In this document: piece by piece, positions 9,722-19,443 of the stretch
Layout: each line of letters begins with the position of its first letter
Numbering within the stretch: position 1 is the stretch's first letter
NCBI GenBank assembly: GCA_964472165.1
Contig: CAYYJE010000002.1
Coordinates: forward strand, 1 to 55,184
Length of the DNA stretch: 55,184 nt
Direction of reading: 5' to 3'
Source of the DNA: an uncultured Prolixibacteraceae bacterium
Lineage (GTDB): Bacteria; Bacteroidota; Bacteroidia; Bacteroidales; Prolixibacteraceae
Notes under the pieces: model-generated
What the model was told of the DNA's origin: nothing
The model's input: the letters and a program-made list of their open reading frames with translations, nothing else
The model's database searches: none
Made by a program: the position numbers and the translations under genes

Positions 9722-9806
9722 TTTAACCACAAAGACACAAAGGAAAGCACAGGGAGCACTAAGATTTTCAGTGAATCTTAGTGCTCTTTGTGTCTTAGTG
9801 GTTAAA
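9722..9806. repeat. Long imperfect inverted repeat built from periodic CAC(A/T)AAG units between convergent ctpA and pheS
   Basis: TTTAACCAC/GTGGTTAAA, AAGACACAAAG/CTTTGTGTCTT and GAGCACTAAGATT/AATCTTAGTGCTC arms. Confidence 0.8.
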
Positions 9807-9829
9807 TTTTACAGTTTTTCCATGGAAAG

Positions 9830-10849
9830 CTAAAGTGCCGACTGGAACTGCCTCAGGAAGCGTACGTCGTTTTCGAAATAGAGCCGGATATCCTTTACTC
9901 CGTAGAGCAGCATGGTAATGCGCTCGATTCCCATCCCAAAGGCGAAGCCGGTGTATTTTTCACTGTCAATATTACAGGCATCCAGCACATTGGGATCAAC
10001 CATACCGCATCCCAAAATTTCAAGCCATCCGGTATATTTGCATAAGTTACAACCTTTTCCGCCGCATATGGAGCAGCTTACATCCATTTCTGCCGAAGGT
10101 TCGGTAAACGGAAAGTAGGAGGGGCGAAGTCTGATCTTTGTTTCTTCACCGAACAATTCACGGGCAAAATAGAGCAGGGTCTGTTTAAGGTCGGCAAAGG
10201 AGACATTTTCATCCACATAGAGTCCTTCAACCTGATGGAATATACAGTGGGAACGTGCTGAAATTGCCTCATTCCGGAACACTCTGCCCGGAAAAATGGC
10301 GCGGATGGGTGGTTGGGTATGTTCCATTACCCTGATCTGCACACTCGATGTGTGGGTACGCAACAGTACGTCGGGATTTTTTTCAATAAAGAAAGTATCC
10401 TGCATATCGCGGGCCGGATGTTCCGGCGGAAAATTGAGTGCTGAAAAAACATGCCAGTCGTCCTCAATTTCAGGCCCTTCTGCCACTGTAAAACCCAACC
10501 TTCCGAATATTTCAATAATACGGTTGCGAACGACAGAAAGCGGGTGACGGGTTCCGAGACCCATGGAATCACCTGGCAGGGTCAGGTCGGCATGGGCATT
10601 TCCCGTTTCCTCGTGGTCAAAGGATTCCTTGAGTTGGTTGATTTTCTCCGTAGCAACAGTTTTAAGGTCATTCAACGCTTTGCCGACTTCCTTTTTCAAT
10701 GTGGGGTGGACATCTTTAAATTCGGCAAAAAGCTGGTTAATCACCCCTTTTTTACTGATCAATCTGATGCGCAACTCTTCCACAGCCTCCCGGGTGCCCG
10801 GTCTGGCCGAGGCGATTTCATCCATTAAGGCTTTAATTCTTTCCAACAT
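9830..10849 (-). CDS. pheS: Phenylalanine--tRNA ligase alpha subunit
   Basis: HPARDMQDTF, LLRTHTS, FHQVEGL, YFPFTEPS, GFAFGMGIER. Confidence 0.97.
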   Translation of the reverse strand: MLERIKALMDEIASARPGTREAVEELRIRLISKKGVINQLFAEFKDVHPTLKKEVGKALNDLKTVATEKINQLKESFDHEETGNAHADLTLPGDSMGLGTRHPLSVVRNRIIEIFGRLGFTVAEGPEIEDDWHVFSALNFPPEHPARDMQDTFFIEKNPDVLLRTHTSSVQIRVMEHTQPPIRAIFPGRVFRNEAISARSHCIFHQVEGLYVDENVSFADLKQTLLYFARELFGEETKIRLRPSYFPFTEPSAEMDVSCSICGGKGCNLCKYTGWLEILGCGMVDPNVLDACNIDSEKYTGFAFGMGIERITMLLYGVKDIRLYFENDVRFLRQFQSAL

Positions 10850-10874
10850 GGTTAAAAATGTATGATCGCTTGTT

Positions 10875-11795
10875 CTACTTCAGCGTAAGTACAGTTGTTC
10901 CGATATTGCTCCCGTCGGCAAAAAGGTCAATGGTATAATTGCCGGGTACCAGGGGTTGCTCTCCTTTGTTGTCCCAATAAATTGCCACAGGAATATCGTT
11001 TCCTTCATAATTGATTTCCCGGACGGCCGAATAGGGAATTTTAAGATCTTCAAATTCAAAAAGATCTCCGGACGATTTATTCAACAGCAACTGGTCGGGC
11101 CGCATGATGCGGAGATATATATTTTTGGACCCCCGCTTGGCTGTCACATTCTGGCTGACAATAAAATTCACCCTGATCATTGTGGTGCGTTCAGCGAACC
11201 GGGTATCTTTTTCCCTGTCGTTCAGCCCGGAAGCCGTTACTTCCCTGACCTCCAGAGTTGCCGCTCTTTTCAGGGTTTGCTCAAGCTGCTCTTTCTCCTG
11301 CGACAATTGGGTATTGCGCGATTCCACCTGGCGGGCTTGTTCCTTTACCTCCAGGTTCTCGGCCATCAGGATTTTATTTCTTCGGTTGAGGGAGTCGATC
11401 TGAACCACATAGTTTCGCATGATGTCACGCAAAGTGGTAACCTCTTTCTGATACCGGTTGATCTGTTGAAGGCTCATCTTTTTGGTTTGCTCGACTTCAA
11501 GCAACAGATCCTTCACCTTCGACTGTGCTCCAACCATCTGCATCGTCAGGGTATCGTTCTCTACCTTTAGCGAGTCGTAGCCGTTAATAATCTGGGTAAG
11601 TTCAACCTGAATGGAATCCTTTTGTGCGGTAATCTCATTAACGATGAGTCTGTTATTCCTTCTTTGGGAGAAAAAGAGGAAAAGCATGACCGCAAGGATC
11701 ATGACCAGTAAAATCACAATGACATTATTTCTCCGGTCTTTGGGAGTTTCGCCAAGGAAGTTCTTTTTCTTTCCGGTCTCGTAATTCATTGCCAT
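10875..11795 (-). CDS. Membrane-anchored coiled-coil hypothetical protein with C-terminal beta domain
   Basis: Single TM near N-terminus, long heptad-rich region, C-terminal PGNYTIDLFADG. Confidence 0.75.
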   Translation of the reverse strand: MAMNYETGKKKNFLGETPKDRRNNVIVILLVMILAVMLFLFFSQRRNNRLIVNEITAQKDSIQVELTQIINGYDSLKVENDTLTMQMVGAQSKVKDLLLEVEQTKKMSLQQINRYQKEVTTLRDIMRNYVVQIDSLNRRNKILMAENLEVKEQARQVESRNTQLSQEKEQLEQTLKRAATLEVREVTASGLNDREKDTRFAERTTMIRVNFIVSQNVTAKRGSKNIYLRIMRPDQLLLNKSSGDLFEFEDLKIPYSAVREINYEGNDIPVAIYWDNKGEQPLVPGNYTIDLFADGSNIGTTVLTLK

Positions 11796-11873
11796 TCAGA
11801 TCAGAGTTTATGGCCCAAAAGTAAGAACTTTTTACCGTCTGACCAACCCTTTTCTCACAGGAGAAGGCGATCG

Positions 11874-13817
11874 TTAATTTCCCGGCATACCAAAGGGATT
11901 GCCGCTGCCGGTTTGCGGAACCTCTCTTTCCTGTTCCGTATTTTTCCGTTGCTGTTCCTGCAGCTGTTTTAGCCGCAATTCCTCCTCTTCCTTGTCAATG
12001 AGCACTTTCCTGAAGGTTGGATCTGGTTTCAGATCCCATTCATACTGGTTATCCCAGTTGGATCGCACTTTAACAATTTCTGGCAGGTAAGCGACCCTTT
12101 CCGGTTGAAGCCGGTTGGTGAAATCACCGGGATCCCATTTGCCGTTGTGATTCCTGTCGAAAACAATTTTCACCCTGTATTTTGCCGGAGCGAGAAAGTC
12201 GAAGGTTATCCTGCCCTCTGCTTCCGTTTCCAGGGTTTTGATCACTTTCTCCTCCCTGGTATTTTCCAGGAGTTGAACCAACAGCTTTTCACTGACAGAA
12301 GTCAGATTCAGGATAATTCTTCCGTAGAAATCATCCTTTTGGGTGGTGAATTGTTTTTTGATCTTTTGACTGGTTATCCCGTATATGTTTAAACAGGCAG
12401 CGGAGTCAATCTCCAGCACATAGGAGGTGTTGGGCTCCCATTCGTGATCAATCCGGTATGTGCGCCAGTCGGTTGTGTCCCTGTAGGCTTTGATTTTCAA
12501 CGGAGTGGAGGTAAGATCATCCGCTATTAAAAGCCTGATCGCAGAAAGATCGAAGCTTTTTACCGGCTCGGGAGTATTGATATAAATGGGGCTGTTAAGG
12601 TCGAATCCACTGCTCTTGATGTTGTCTGAAAACTGGAATTCCACAATCTGTGGTGTTTCATCCTCTTTTTTTCTACGGCGGGTTTCGGCGCGTTCCTTTT
12701 CCGTGAATATCAGGGGAATGGTATCTTTTTGCAGGTACTGCTGACGGGTTGAATCAAGCTGGTAATATGCCAGTTCAACCTGGATGGTATCCATTCTGGA
12801 AACAAGGGTATCGGTGATCCACATGGTAAGGGAGTCGATTTCGGGGTTGTGTTCCAGGATATACCAATCGTCTGACTCGTGGTTGAGGAGGGTTATGCCC
12901 AGTGTGTCCTTTACCGTTTCACCGAAAACGAAGGTGCATTTTTGACGTGAATTCCGAATTGATTTGTCCAGGAACTGTTCAAAGATTTCTTCCGTGAAAC
13001 ATCGCAAAAAAACAGGTTCAGGTTTAAAAATGGTGTGGCCTGAAATCAGGAGTGAATCGGCGCCGATGGCCAGGGTGTCGGGATCTGCCACATATTGTGC
13101 CGTAGGGATGATTAAAGAATCGGAAAAGGCAAACTCTTCCGCACCGGCGTCATACATGAGGTTGCTGTTTGCATCATTAATGGCATAAATCCGGTATGTA
13201 CCCGTTTTCACATTGTCGAACAGGTACAAACCCCGCTGATCGGTGCGGGCAATATAATCGGGTTTGGTCCGCATCACAGCGGTATCGTTCAGGTTGCTGT
13301 ATAGCATGACGATGATTTTCTCCAGAGGCTCCAGTTTTTCGGCATTTTTCACCATTCCTGCCACTCTCAGGGTGTCAATGGCCTCACCGGTACTGAACAA
13401 CATCCGCAAACCCAGGTAGGGGTTCTGTTCATTGTTGTCGACCACCGAATTTTTAAAGTCCATGGAATAAGTCACATCGGGTTTCAGTTCTTCATTGAAG
13501 GTGACAATGAGCGAGCGCGATTTGGTTCTTACCGAAGGTCGTTTGGTAAGGGGAGGAGAAACAACGAGCGCTTCCGAAACCTGGTCGGGAACGATGTATT
13601 CATTGAAAGTAATTCTCACCTCTTTACCGGTGAAATTGGTGCTCATCATTGCCGGCAAAGTTTCAATCAGAAATGGGGGGATCGAATCCTTGGGGCCCCC
13701 GGTGGGCATCCCCTGATTGGCACATCTGGTGAAAAAAAGAAGTTCCGTCACCAAAGTGAAAAGTGCCAGCAAGGGCAAAATACGGCTGATTTTGTAGCGT
13801 TTCTGATTCTCCTTCAT
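11874..13817 (-). CDS. Ig-like (Big_5) domain lipoprotein
   Basis: CANQGMPTGGPKDSIPP, ITFNEY, DRNHNGKWDPG motifs typical of this Bacteroidota family. Confidence 0.8.
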   Translation of the reverse strand: MKENQKRYKISRILPLLALFTLVTELLFFTRCANQGMPTGGPKDSIPPFLIETLPAMMSTNFTGKEVRITFNEYIVPDQVSEALVVSPPLTKRPSVRTKSRSLIVTFNEELKPDVTYSMDFKNSVVDNNEQNPYLGLRMLFSTGEAIDTLRVAGMVKNAEKLEPLEKIIVMLYSNLNDTAVMRTKPDYIARTDQRGLYLFDNVKTGTYRIYAINDANSNLMYDAGAEEFAFSDSLIIPTAQYVADPDTLAIGADSLLISGHTIFKPEPVFLRCFTEEIFEQFLDKSIRNSRQKCTFVFGETVKDTLGITLLNHESDDWYILEHNPEIDSLTMWITDTLVSRMDTIQVELAYYQLDSTRQQYLQKDTIPLIFTEKERAETRRRKKEDETPQIVEFQFSDNIKSSGFDLNSPIYINTPEPVKSFDLSAIRLLIADDLTSTPLKIKAYRDTTDWRTYRIDHEWEPNTSYVLEIDSAACLNIYGITSQKIKKQFTTQKDDFYGRIILNLTSVSEKLLVQLLENTREEKVIKTLETEAEGRITFDFLAPAKYRVKIVFDRNHNGKWDPGDFTNRLQPERVAYLPEIVKVRSNWDNQYEWDLKPDPTFRKVLIDKEEEELRLKQLQEQQRKNTEQEREVPQTGSGNPFGMPGN

Positions 13818-13963
13818 GGTCAATCCCTGACTGATGACGAATTTTTATGCCACAAACATACAAAATCCGGGAAAAAACCCTTTATTTCGTTTTCACAATT
13901 GTATAATTAAAGGTTTAGAGAACGGCCTTGTCCGTTTTGACCGGTTTAAACAATCCCATTGAC

Positions 13964-16171
13964 ATGTCGAAAAAAAGTAAAAAGGAAAAACGTACGGACT
14001 TGGCCACCTTCAACAAGAAAAACCTGAAGTCGGCCGTGCTGTCGGTGATGTATGACGATCCGGTGAAGATTTACAACTACAGGCAGATCTCTTCTGCATT
14101 GAAAATAAAGGATGATGAATCGAGAAAACTGGTTACCGTTGTTCTTGATGAATTGCATGAAAGTGGTTACCTTGAGCAGCAGGGCCGGGGAAAATTCCGG
14201 TTAAGGACGAGGGGTGGGACCATTACCGGAGTTGTGGACATGCAGTCCACCGGCTTTGCCTATGTGCATAGTGAAGAGGCCGATACTCCGGTTTATGTGT
14301 CGGCGCGAAACCTATTACATGGCATGGAGGGTGACAAAGTCAGGGTTCATCTTTTTGCCCGGAGAAAGGGGCATGATCTTGAGGGGGAAGTAGTGGAGAT
14401 TCTGGAGAGGTCGAAAAAGTCATTTGTGGGCGTTGTGGAACTTGCCCGGAATTATGCGTTTTTAATGCCCAGCGGGAAATTCAGTTTTGACATCTTCATT
14501 CCTGCAGAATTTCTCAACGGCGTAAAAAACGGACAGAAGGCGGTGGCAGAAATTACGGAATGGCCTGCCAATGCCAGGAATCCGGTGGGGAGAATTACTG
14601 AAGTTTTGGGAGATGCCGGACATAATGATACGGAGATGCACGCGATTCTGGCCGAATTCGGTTTGCCGTTGCATTTTCCGGAAAATGTGGAAAAGGCAGC
14701 CGGAAAAATCGCGGATGAAATTACCGAAAGGGAATATGCGGTCAGGCGTGATTTCAGGAATGTCACCACTTTTACAATTGATCCGGCTGATGCAAAGGAT
14801 TTTGATGATGCGCTTTCGCTCCGGCAACTCGCCGATGGAAATTGGGAGGTGGGGATCCATATTGCCGATGTGACCCATTATGTGAGGCCGGGATCTGTGC
14901 TGGAAGAGGAGGCTTACGAGCGGGGAACCTCGGTTTATCTTGTTGACCGGGTGGTTCCCATGTTGCCCGAACGGTTGTCAAATGGGGTTTGCTCCCTGCG
15001 CCCCAATGAGGATAAGCTCTGCTTTTCGGCTGTTTTTGAAATCACCGGAGAGGCAGTTGTGGTCGGGGAATGGTATGGGAAAACAGTAATAAACTCAGAC
15101 CGCAGGTTTGCTTATGAAGAAGCGCAGGAGATCATAGAAACCGGCGAGGGCGAGCTGTCTGCTGAGATTCTGAAACTGAACGAACTGGCCATCAGGTTGA
15201 GGGAGAAACGGTTCCGGGGCGGCGCCATTGCTTTTGACAGGGTGGAGTTGAAATTCAATATTGACGAAAAGGGGAAGCCCCTATCGGTCTATTTCAAGGA
15301 AGCCAAAGCTTCAAATATGCTCATTGAAGAGTTTATGTTGCTGGCGAACAGAAAGGTGGCAGAGCTTATCGGAAAAACTGACCCAAAAAAGAGTCCCAAA
15401 ACGTTTGTCTACCGGATTCATGACCGTCCTGATCCGGAAAAACTGGAAAATTTCAACAATTTCATCCACAAATTCGGATATGCCATTCAACTGGTTACTC
15501 CCCGGGGCGTTGCTGAATCCATGAATAATCTGTTGGTGAATGTGAAAGGAAAGAAAGAGCAGAATGTCATTGAAATGCTTGCGATCAGGGCAATGGCCAA
15601 AGCTGCATACTCCACCCGTAACATCGGGCATTATGGACTGGCCTTCGAGTACTATACCCATTTTACGTCTCCGATACGCCGTTATCCCGATATGATGGTC
15701 CACCGGCTGCTCGAAAAACACCTCGAAGGAGGCCGTGTGACCCATGCCGGGGACTATGAAGAAATGTGCCGTCATTCTTCCGATATGGAAAGCCGGGCGG
15801 CCAATGCAGAACGCTCCTCCGTGAAATACAAACAGGTGGAATTCATGCAGGACCATGTAGGCGAAATATATGCCGGGGTTATTTCCGGGGTGACGGATTG
15901 GGGAGTCTATGTGGAACTCGACAACAAAATTGAAGGAATGATCCCGATCGCACAGCTTGACGACGACTTTTATATCTTTGATGAGAAGAATTATCTGATC
16001 AGGGGGCGCCATAGTGACAGGGTGTTTCAATTGGGAGATCCTGTCCGGGTTAAGATTTGGAGAACTAACCTGGAAAAGAAGCAACTCGATTTCCTGCTTG
16101 CAGAGTCTGAGTCCGCCACCCCCGCCAACCCCGTCAACCCCGGCAGAAACCGCAGGAAATCGCAAAATTGA
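13964..16171 (+). CDS. rnr: Ribonuclease R
   Basis: TIDPADAKDFDDALS, HFTSPIRRYPD, C-terminal S1 domain. Confidence 0.96.
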   Translation: MSKKSKKEKRTDLATFNKKNLKSAVLSVMYDDPVKIYNYRQISSALKIKDDESRKLVTVVLDELHESGYLEQQGRGKFRLRTRGGTITGVVDMQSTGFAYVHSEEADTPVYVSARNLLHGMEGDKVRVHLFARRKGHDLEGEVVEILERSKKSFVGVVELARNYAFLMPSGKFSFDIFIPAEFLNGVKNGQKAVAEITEWPANARNPVGRITEVLGDAGHNDTEMHAILAEFGLPLHFPENVEKAAGKIADEITEREYAVRRDFRNVTTFTIDPADAKDFDDALSLRQLADGNWEVGIHIADVTHYVRPGSVLEEEAYERGTSVYLVDRVVPMLPERLSNGVCSLRPNEDKLCFSAVFEITGEAVVVGEWYGKTVINSDRRFAYEEAQEIIETGEGELSAEILKLNELAIRLREKRFRGGAIAFDRVELKFNIDEKGKPLSVYFKEAKASNMLIEEFMLLANRKVAELIGKTDPKKSPKTFVYRIHDRPDPEKLENFNNFIHKFGYAIQLVTPRGVAESMNNLLVNVKGKKEQNVIEMLAIRAMAKAAYSTRNIGHYGLAFEYYTHFTSPIRRYPDMMVHRLLEKHLEGGRVTHAGDYEEMCRHSSDMESRAANAERSSVKYKQVEFMQDHVGEIYAGVISGVTDWGVYVELDNKIEGMIPIAQLDDDFYIFDEKNYLIRGRHSDRVFQLGDPVRVKIWRTNLEKKQLDFLLAESESATPANPVNPGRNRRKSQN

Positions 16172-16223
16172 GCTATATTTGTTGTAAATTTGTAAGTCAA
16201 CGACCATAATAGTATAACGGCAA

Positions 16224-16826
16224 ATGGATAACCAGGGAGAAAATGGCTCAAAAAAAGAGTCTAACCGGGAGAGCATATTGAAAATTGCCCAGGAAATTTT
16301 CAGTAAATACGGATATAGGAAAACTACCCTCGATGACATCGCGAATGCGGTAAGGAAAGGGAAAAGTTCACTTTACTATTATTTTAAGAGCAAGGAAGAC
16401 CTTTTCCAGGCGGTGATTATGAAAGAGGTGGAAGTGCTGGCAAAGGAACTGGATAAAGTGGTTAACCGGAATACCGATCCGGTCGATAAGCTGAGGGACT
16501 ACCTGCTGACCAAGATCAACACTTTCAGAAATCTTGCCAATTTTTACAACGCACTGGAGAACGATGTGACTGCAATTGGATTCATTGAGGACATAAAAAG
16601 CCGGTATGAACAGGACGAGATCCGGATGATCAAGAGAATCCTGATTGAAGGCGTTCGCAAAAATGAATTTGAAATTTATGATTTTAACTTGGCTGCCATT
16701 GGAATTACCATGGCGATCAAAGGCCTGGAGATGCCCCTCTCTGCAGGTATCTACGGAAATATGAATCTGGAACGGAGCGTCGACGTGATCCTGAAAATCC
16801 TTTGTTACGGCATCATGAAACGCTGA
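16224..16826 (+). CDS. TetR/AcrR family transcriptional regulator
   Basis: GYRKTTLDDIANAVRKGKSSLYYYFKSKEDL HTH. Confidence 0.92.
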   Translation: MDNQGENGSKKESNRESILKIAQEIFSKYGYRKTTLDDIANAVRKGKSSLYYYFKSKEDLFQAVIMKEVEVLAKELDKVVNRNTDPVDKLRDYLLTKINTFRNLANFYNALENDVTAIGFIEDIKSRYEQDEIRMIKRILIEGVRKNEFEIYDFNLAAIGITMAIKGLEMPLSAGIYGNMNLERSVDVILKILCYGIMKR

Positions 16827-16952
16827 CGCGAAAAAGGTTTCCTTCTGTTATTCCTGAAAACATTTTATCCCCTTTGCCATGAGACGGGGAGCTTCATTGT
16901 GGCATCAGAACGAGGATCACCTGCCCACTTGTGATGTTGTCCATGGTATAGC

Positions 16953-16978
16953 AAAAAAAAGGCTCTTTAAAAAGAGCC
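16953..16978 (-). terminator. Intrinsic terminator
   Basis: GGCTCTTT-AA-AAAGAGCC stem preceded by A8 on the plus strand (U8 on minus). Confidence 0.75.
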
Positions 16979-17050
16979 GGCTCCGGGAGCCTTCCGTGTG
17001 GGTTGCGGGTAACGATGAAAAAGGAGGGCAGTATTTTTTTATTGAATACT
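16953..17050 (-). ncRNA. Candidate standalone small RNA (~95 nt)
   Basis: TAACTTTG -7 element at 17062-17055; 5' hairpin CAGTATT/AATACTG; GGCTC/GAGCC hairpin; intrinsic terminator with U8; no convincing ORF. Confidence 0.55.
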
Positions 17051-17153
17051 GGTGCAAAGTTATGGTATGACGCATTTGTAATTGTTCCTAAAAGATAAGT
17101 ATATTCACCAAATCGTAAAAATATAATTCTAAACCCAGGAGTTGTAGTTGTAG

Positions 17154-18345
17154 ATGGCTTATATTCAGTCTGTTGCAGTACTTGTTCCGCTTTTGGCGAC
17201 TTCAAACTGGGCTTTGATTTTTTTGTTGTCGAAACGATCCGGAAATCCCGCCAGGTATTTTCTGGGCATTTTCATGCTTGTTGCTTCTTTGTTGTACATG
17301 GGCCACGCCTTGTTATTTCATGAAATGGTTCAGGTGGTACGTTCACTACGAACCGGTGTATACTTTAACCTCCCTGATGGTTTTTCCGCTTTATTATCAG
17401 TACCTCAGGCTACTTACTGTTGACAGAGAATGGCGCAGAACTTACCTGTTTCACTATATTCCCGGGGTTGTGATGGGGCTTGTTGCAATTGTCCTTCACA
17501 TTTTATTTCACGAAGAAGCACATAATTATTCGTTCGAACATTTTGTGAACAAATCAGGGATGCCTGGGTTGCAGGTAAATCCTGTTCTTTGTTTCGATAT
17601 TTTCAGACGCATCCTTTACGGTTGCCAGGTGCTTTTCTACCTGTGGGCCGGAATAAAGATGGTATCAGCCTATCAGGAGCGGGTGGACCATTTTTATTCC
17701 AATTCTGCCGTACGAAGCATTAACTGGGTGAAAGCTCTGAACTTCAGTTTACTTGTGGCAGCCGCGCTGAGTATGATTTTTAATGTAGCCGGACGGAACA
17801 TGTTTATGGATAAGCCCTCCCTGATGATGATTCCTTCCATCCTTTTCTCTCTCCTCTTTTTTGTGCTCGGATATCTGGGAAACTCGCAGAACCAGGTTGT
17901 CATCGAAATGCCGGAAAAGGTGCAGTCAGTGGTACTGACCGGTGATTCAGCAACCGGTGATGCCAACCCGGCAGGAGGTACGGGGATGGAAAATGAATTC
18001 GGGTTAAAACTCAGAGATTTGTTTGTGAAAGAGAGGCTGTTTTTAAATCCTGATCTTATAATCTGGGATGTAACCCGGGCATTGGGAACCAATCGCAGTT
18101 ACGTATCCCACTATATTAATTCAGTATACGGGAAGAATTTTTCCATGTATGTCAATCAATACAGGGTAGAAGAAGCCAAAAAATTACTGGCCGGAGAAGA
18201 GGGTTCCCGTCTGTCGCTGGAAACCATAGGCAGCTTGTGCGGTTTTGGATCGTTGAACAATTTTATCCGCGTTTTCCGGATGTTTGAAAACACCACTCCC
18301 GGCAGTTACAGGGAACTTTGCCGGAAAAGTGAGGTCGTTGTGTGA
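17154..18345 (+). pseudogene. Membrane-bound AraC family regulator split by an apparent single-base frameshift near 17320-17328
   Basis: ORF 17154 gives hydrophobic TM segments up to GHALLFHE; the +1 frame continues FRWYVHYEPVY through more TMs to an AraC HTH (LGTNRSYVS...CGFGSLNNFIRVF). Confidence 0.75.
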
Positions 18346-18360
18346 GTAGGTTTTAGAAGA

Positions 18361-19284
18361 CTAAAAGGCGTCCACTTTCCGGTAAGCCTCCAATACAGCC
18401 ATTTCACCTTCTTTCCCGGGTTTGCTTTTGCCGTGTTCCATACAGAGGACACCCTCATAACCCTTTTTGTGGATATGTCTGAATATATTCAGGTAATTGA
18501 TTTCTCCTGTGGTAGGTTCTTTTCTTCCCGGATTGTCACCGATGTGGAAGGCGCCGATATAATCCCATGCCATGTCGATGTTGGGAATGATGTTGCCTTC
18601 GGTAATCTGTTGGTGATACATGTCGTTTACAATTTTACAGCCTGGATGGTTTACTGCCTTGCAGATCATATAACTCTGCGGGATGGTTGTTAAAAAGAGT
18701 CCCGGATGGTCGGTATGGGCATTCAGGGGTTCCATCACCAGGGTTAATCCGGATGGACCTACAATGTCGCAACACATCCGCATGGTGTCAATCACATTGG
18801 CTGTCTGGTAATCCCATGCCAGTTTTTCATCGTAGCGGCCGGGTACTACGAGTGCTGTTTTTACATGGGTCCTTTTCTGAACTTCCAGGGCATCTTTCAT
18901 TTTGCCGCGAAGCATCTCCATGATGGCCGGGTCACGGGTGACCATTGACCGGGTGCTGAAATCGGCATACAGCACGAAGGGGCCAAGGTCCATGCCAAGC
19001 CGTGCAAGCTCGTTGGCTATCTTTTCCTGTAAGGCTGGTTCTTTGTTCATCAGGCCATTGTCGAAAATTGCCCGGAATCCCTGGTCGTGAATAAACCGTA
19101 TCTGGTCGATCGGATTGTCGCCGGCATGTTCTTTAAACATCCCGAATCCCGGAGCATACTTAAGTTTAAACTGCGCTGAATTCGAGGTTTTCTGTTCTGA
19201 GGCGAAACTTAAGAGTGAAGCCGACAAACCGGTAGCTGCCAGTGCTCCCCATGTTGATTGTTTCAGAAAATTTCTGCGTTCCAT
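18361..19284 (-). CDS. Hydroxypyruvate isomerase / xylose isomerase-like TIM barrel protein with Tat signal
   Basis: MERRNFLK twin-arginine; EPLN, DMYHQQITEGN, DNPGRKEPTTGEINY. Confidence 0.9.
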   Translation of the reverse strand: MERRNFLKQSTWGALAATGLSASLLSFASEQKTSNSAQFKLKYAPGFGMFKEHAGDNPIDQIRFIHDQGFRAIFDNGLMNKEPALQEKIANELARLGMDLGPFVLYADFSTRSMVTRDPAIMEMLRGKMKDALEVQKRTHVKTALVVPGRYDEKLAWDYQTANVIDTMRMCCDIVGPSGLTLVMEPLNAHTDHPGLFLTTIPQSYMICKAVNHPGCKIVNDMYHQQITEGNIIPNIDMAWDYIGAFHIGDNPGRKEPTTGEINYLNIFRHIHKKGYEGVLCMEHGKSKPGKEGEMAVLEAYRKVDAF

Positions 19285-19443
19285 ATCGGTGAGTGTTTTA
19301 AAATTCAGATAAAATAAGGTTTTAAAAATACAAATTGATTTTGAAACAGAAAGGATTTAAAGCGCAATTAAGAGAGGAAGTTAAAATTGCACTTAGGGTT
19401 ATCGGGGGTTTTATTACTTTTACCGGTTCAAGAAAGAGGTGAT

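Noticed and set aside
16120-16146. 9 bp tandem repeat at the 3' end of rnr (PANPVNPG)
   Set aside because: In-frame low-complexity tail with no evidence of function.
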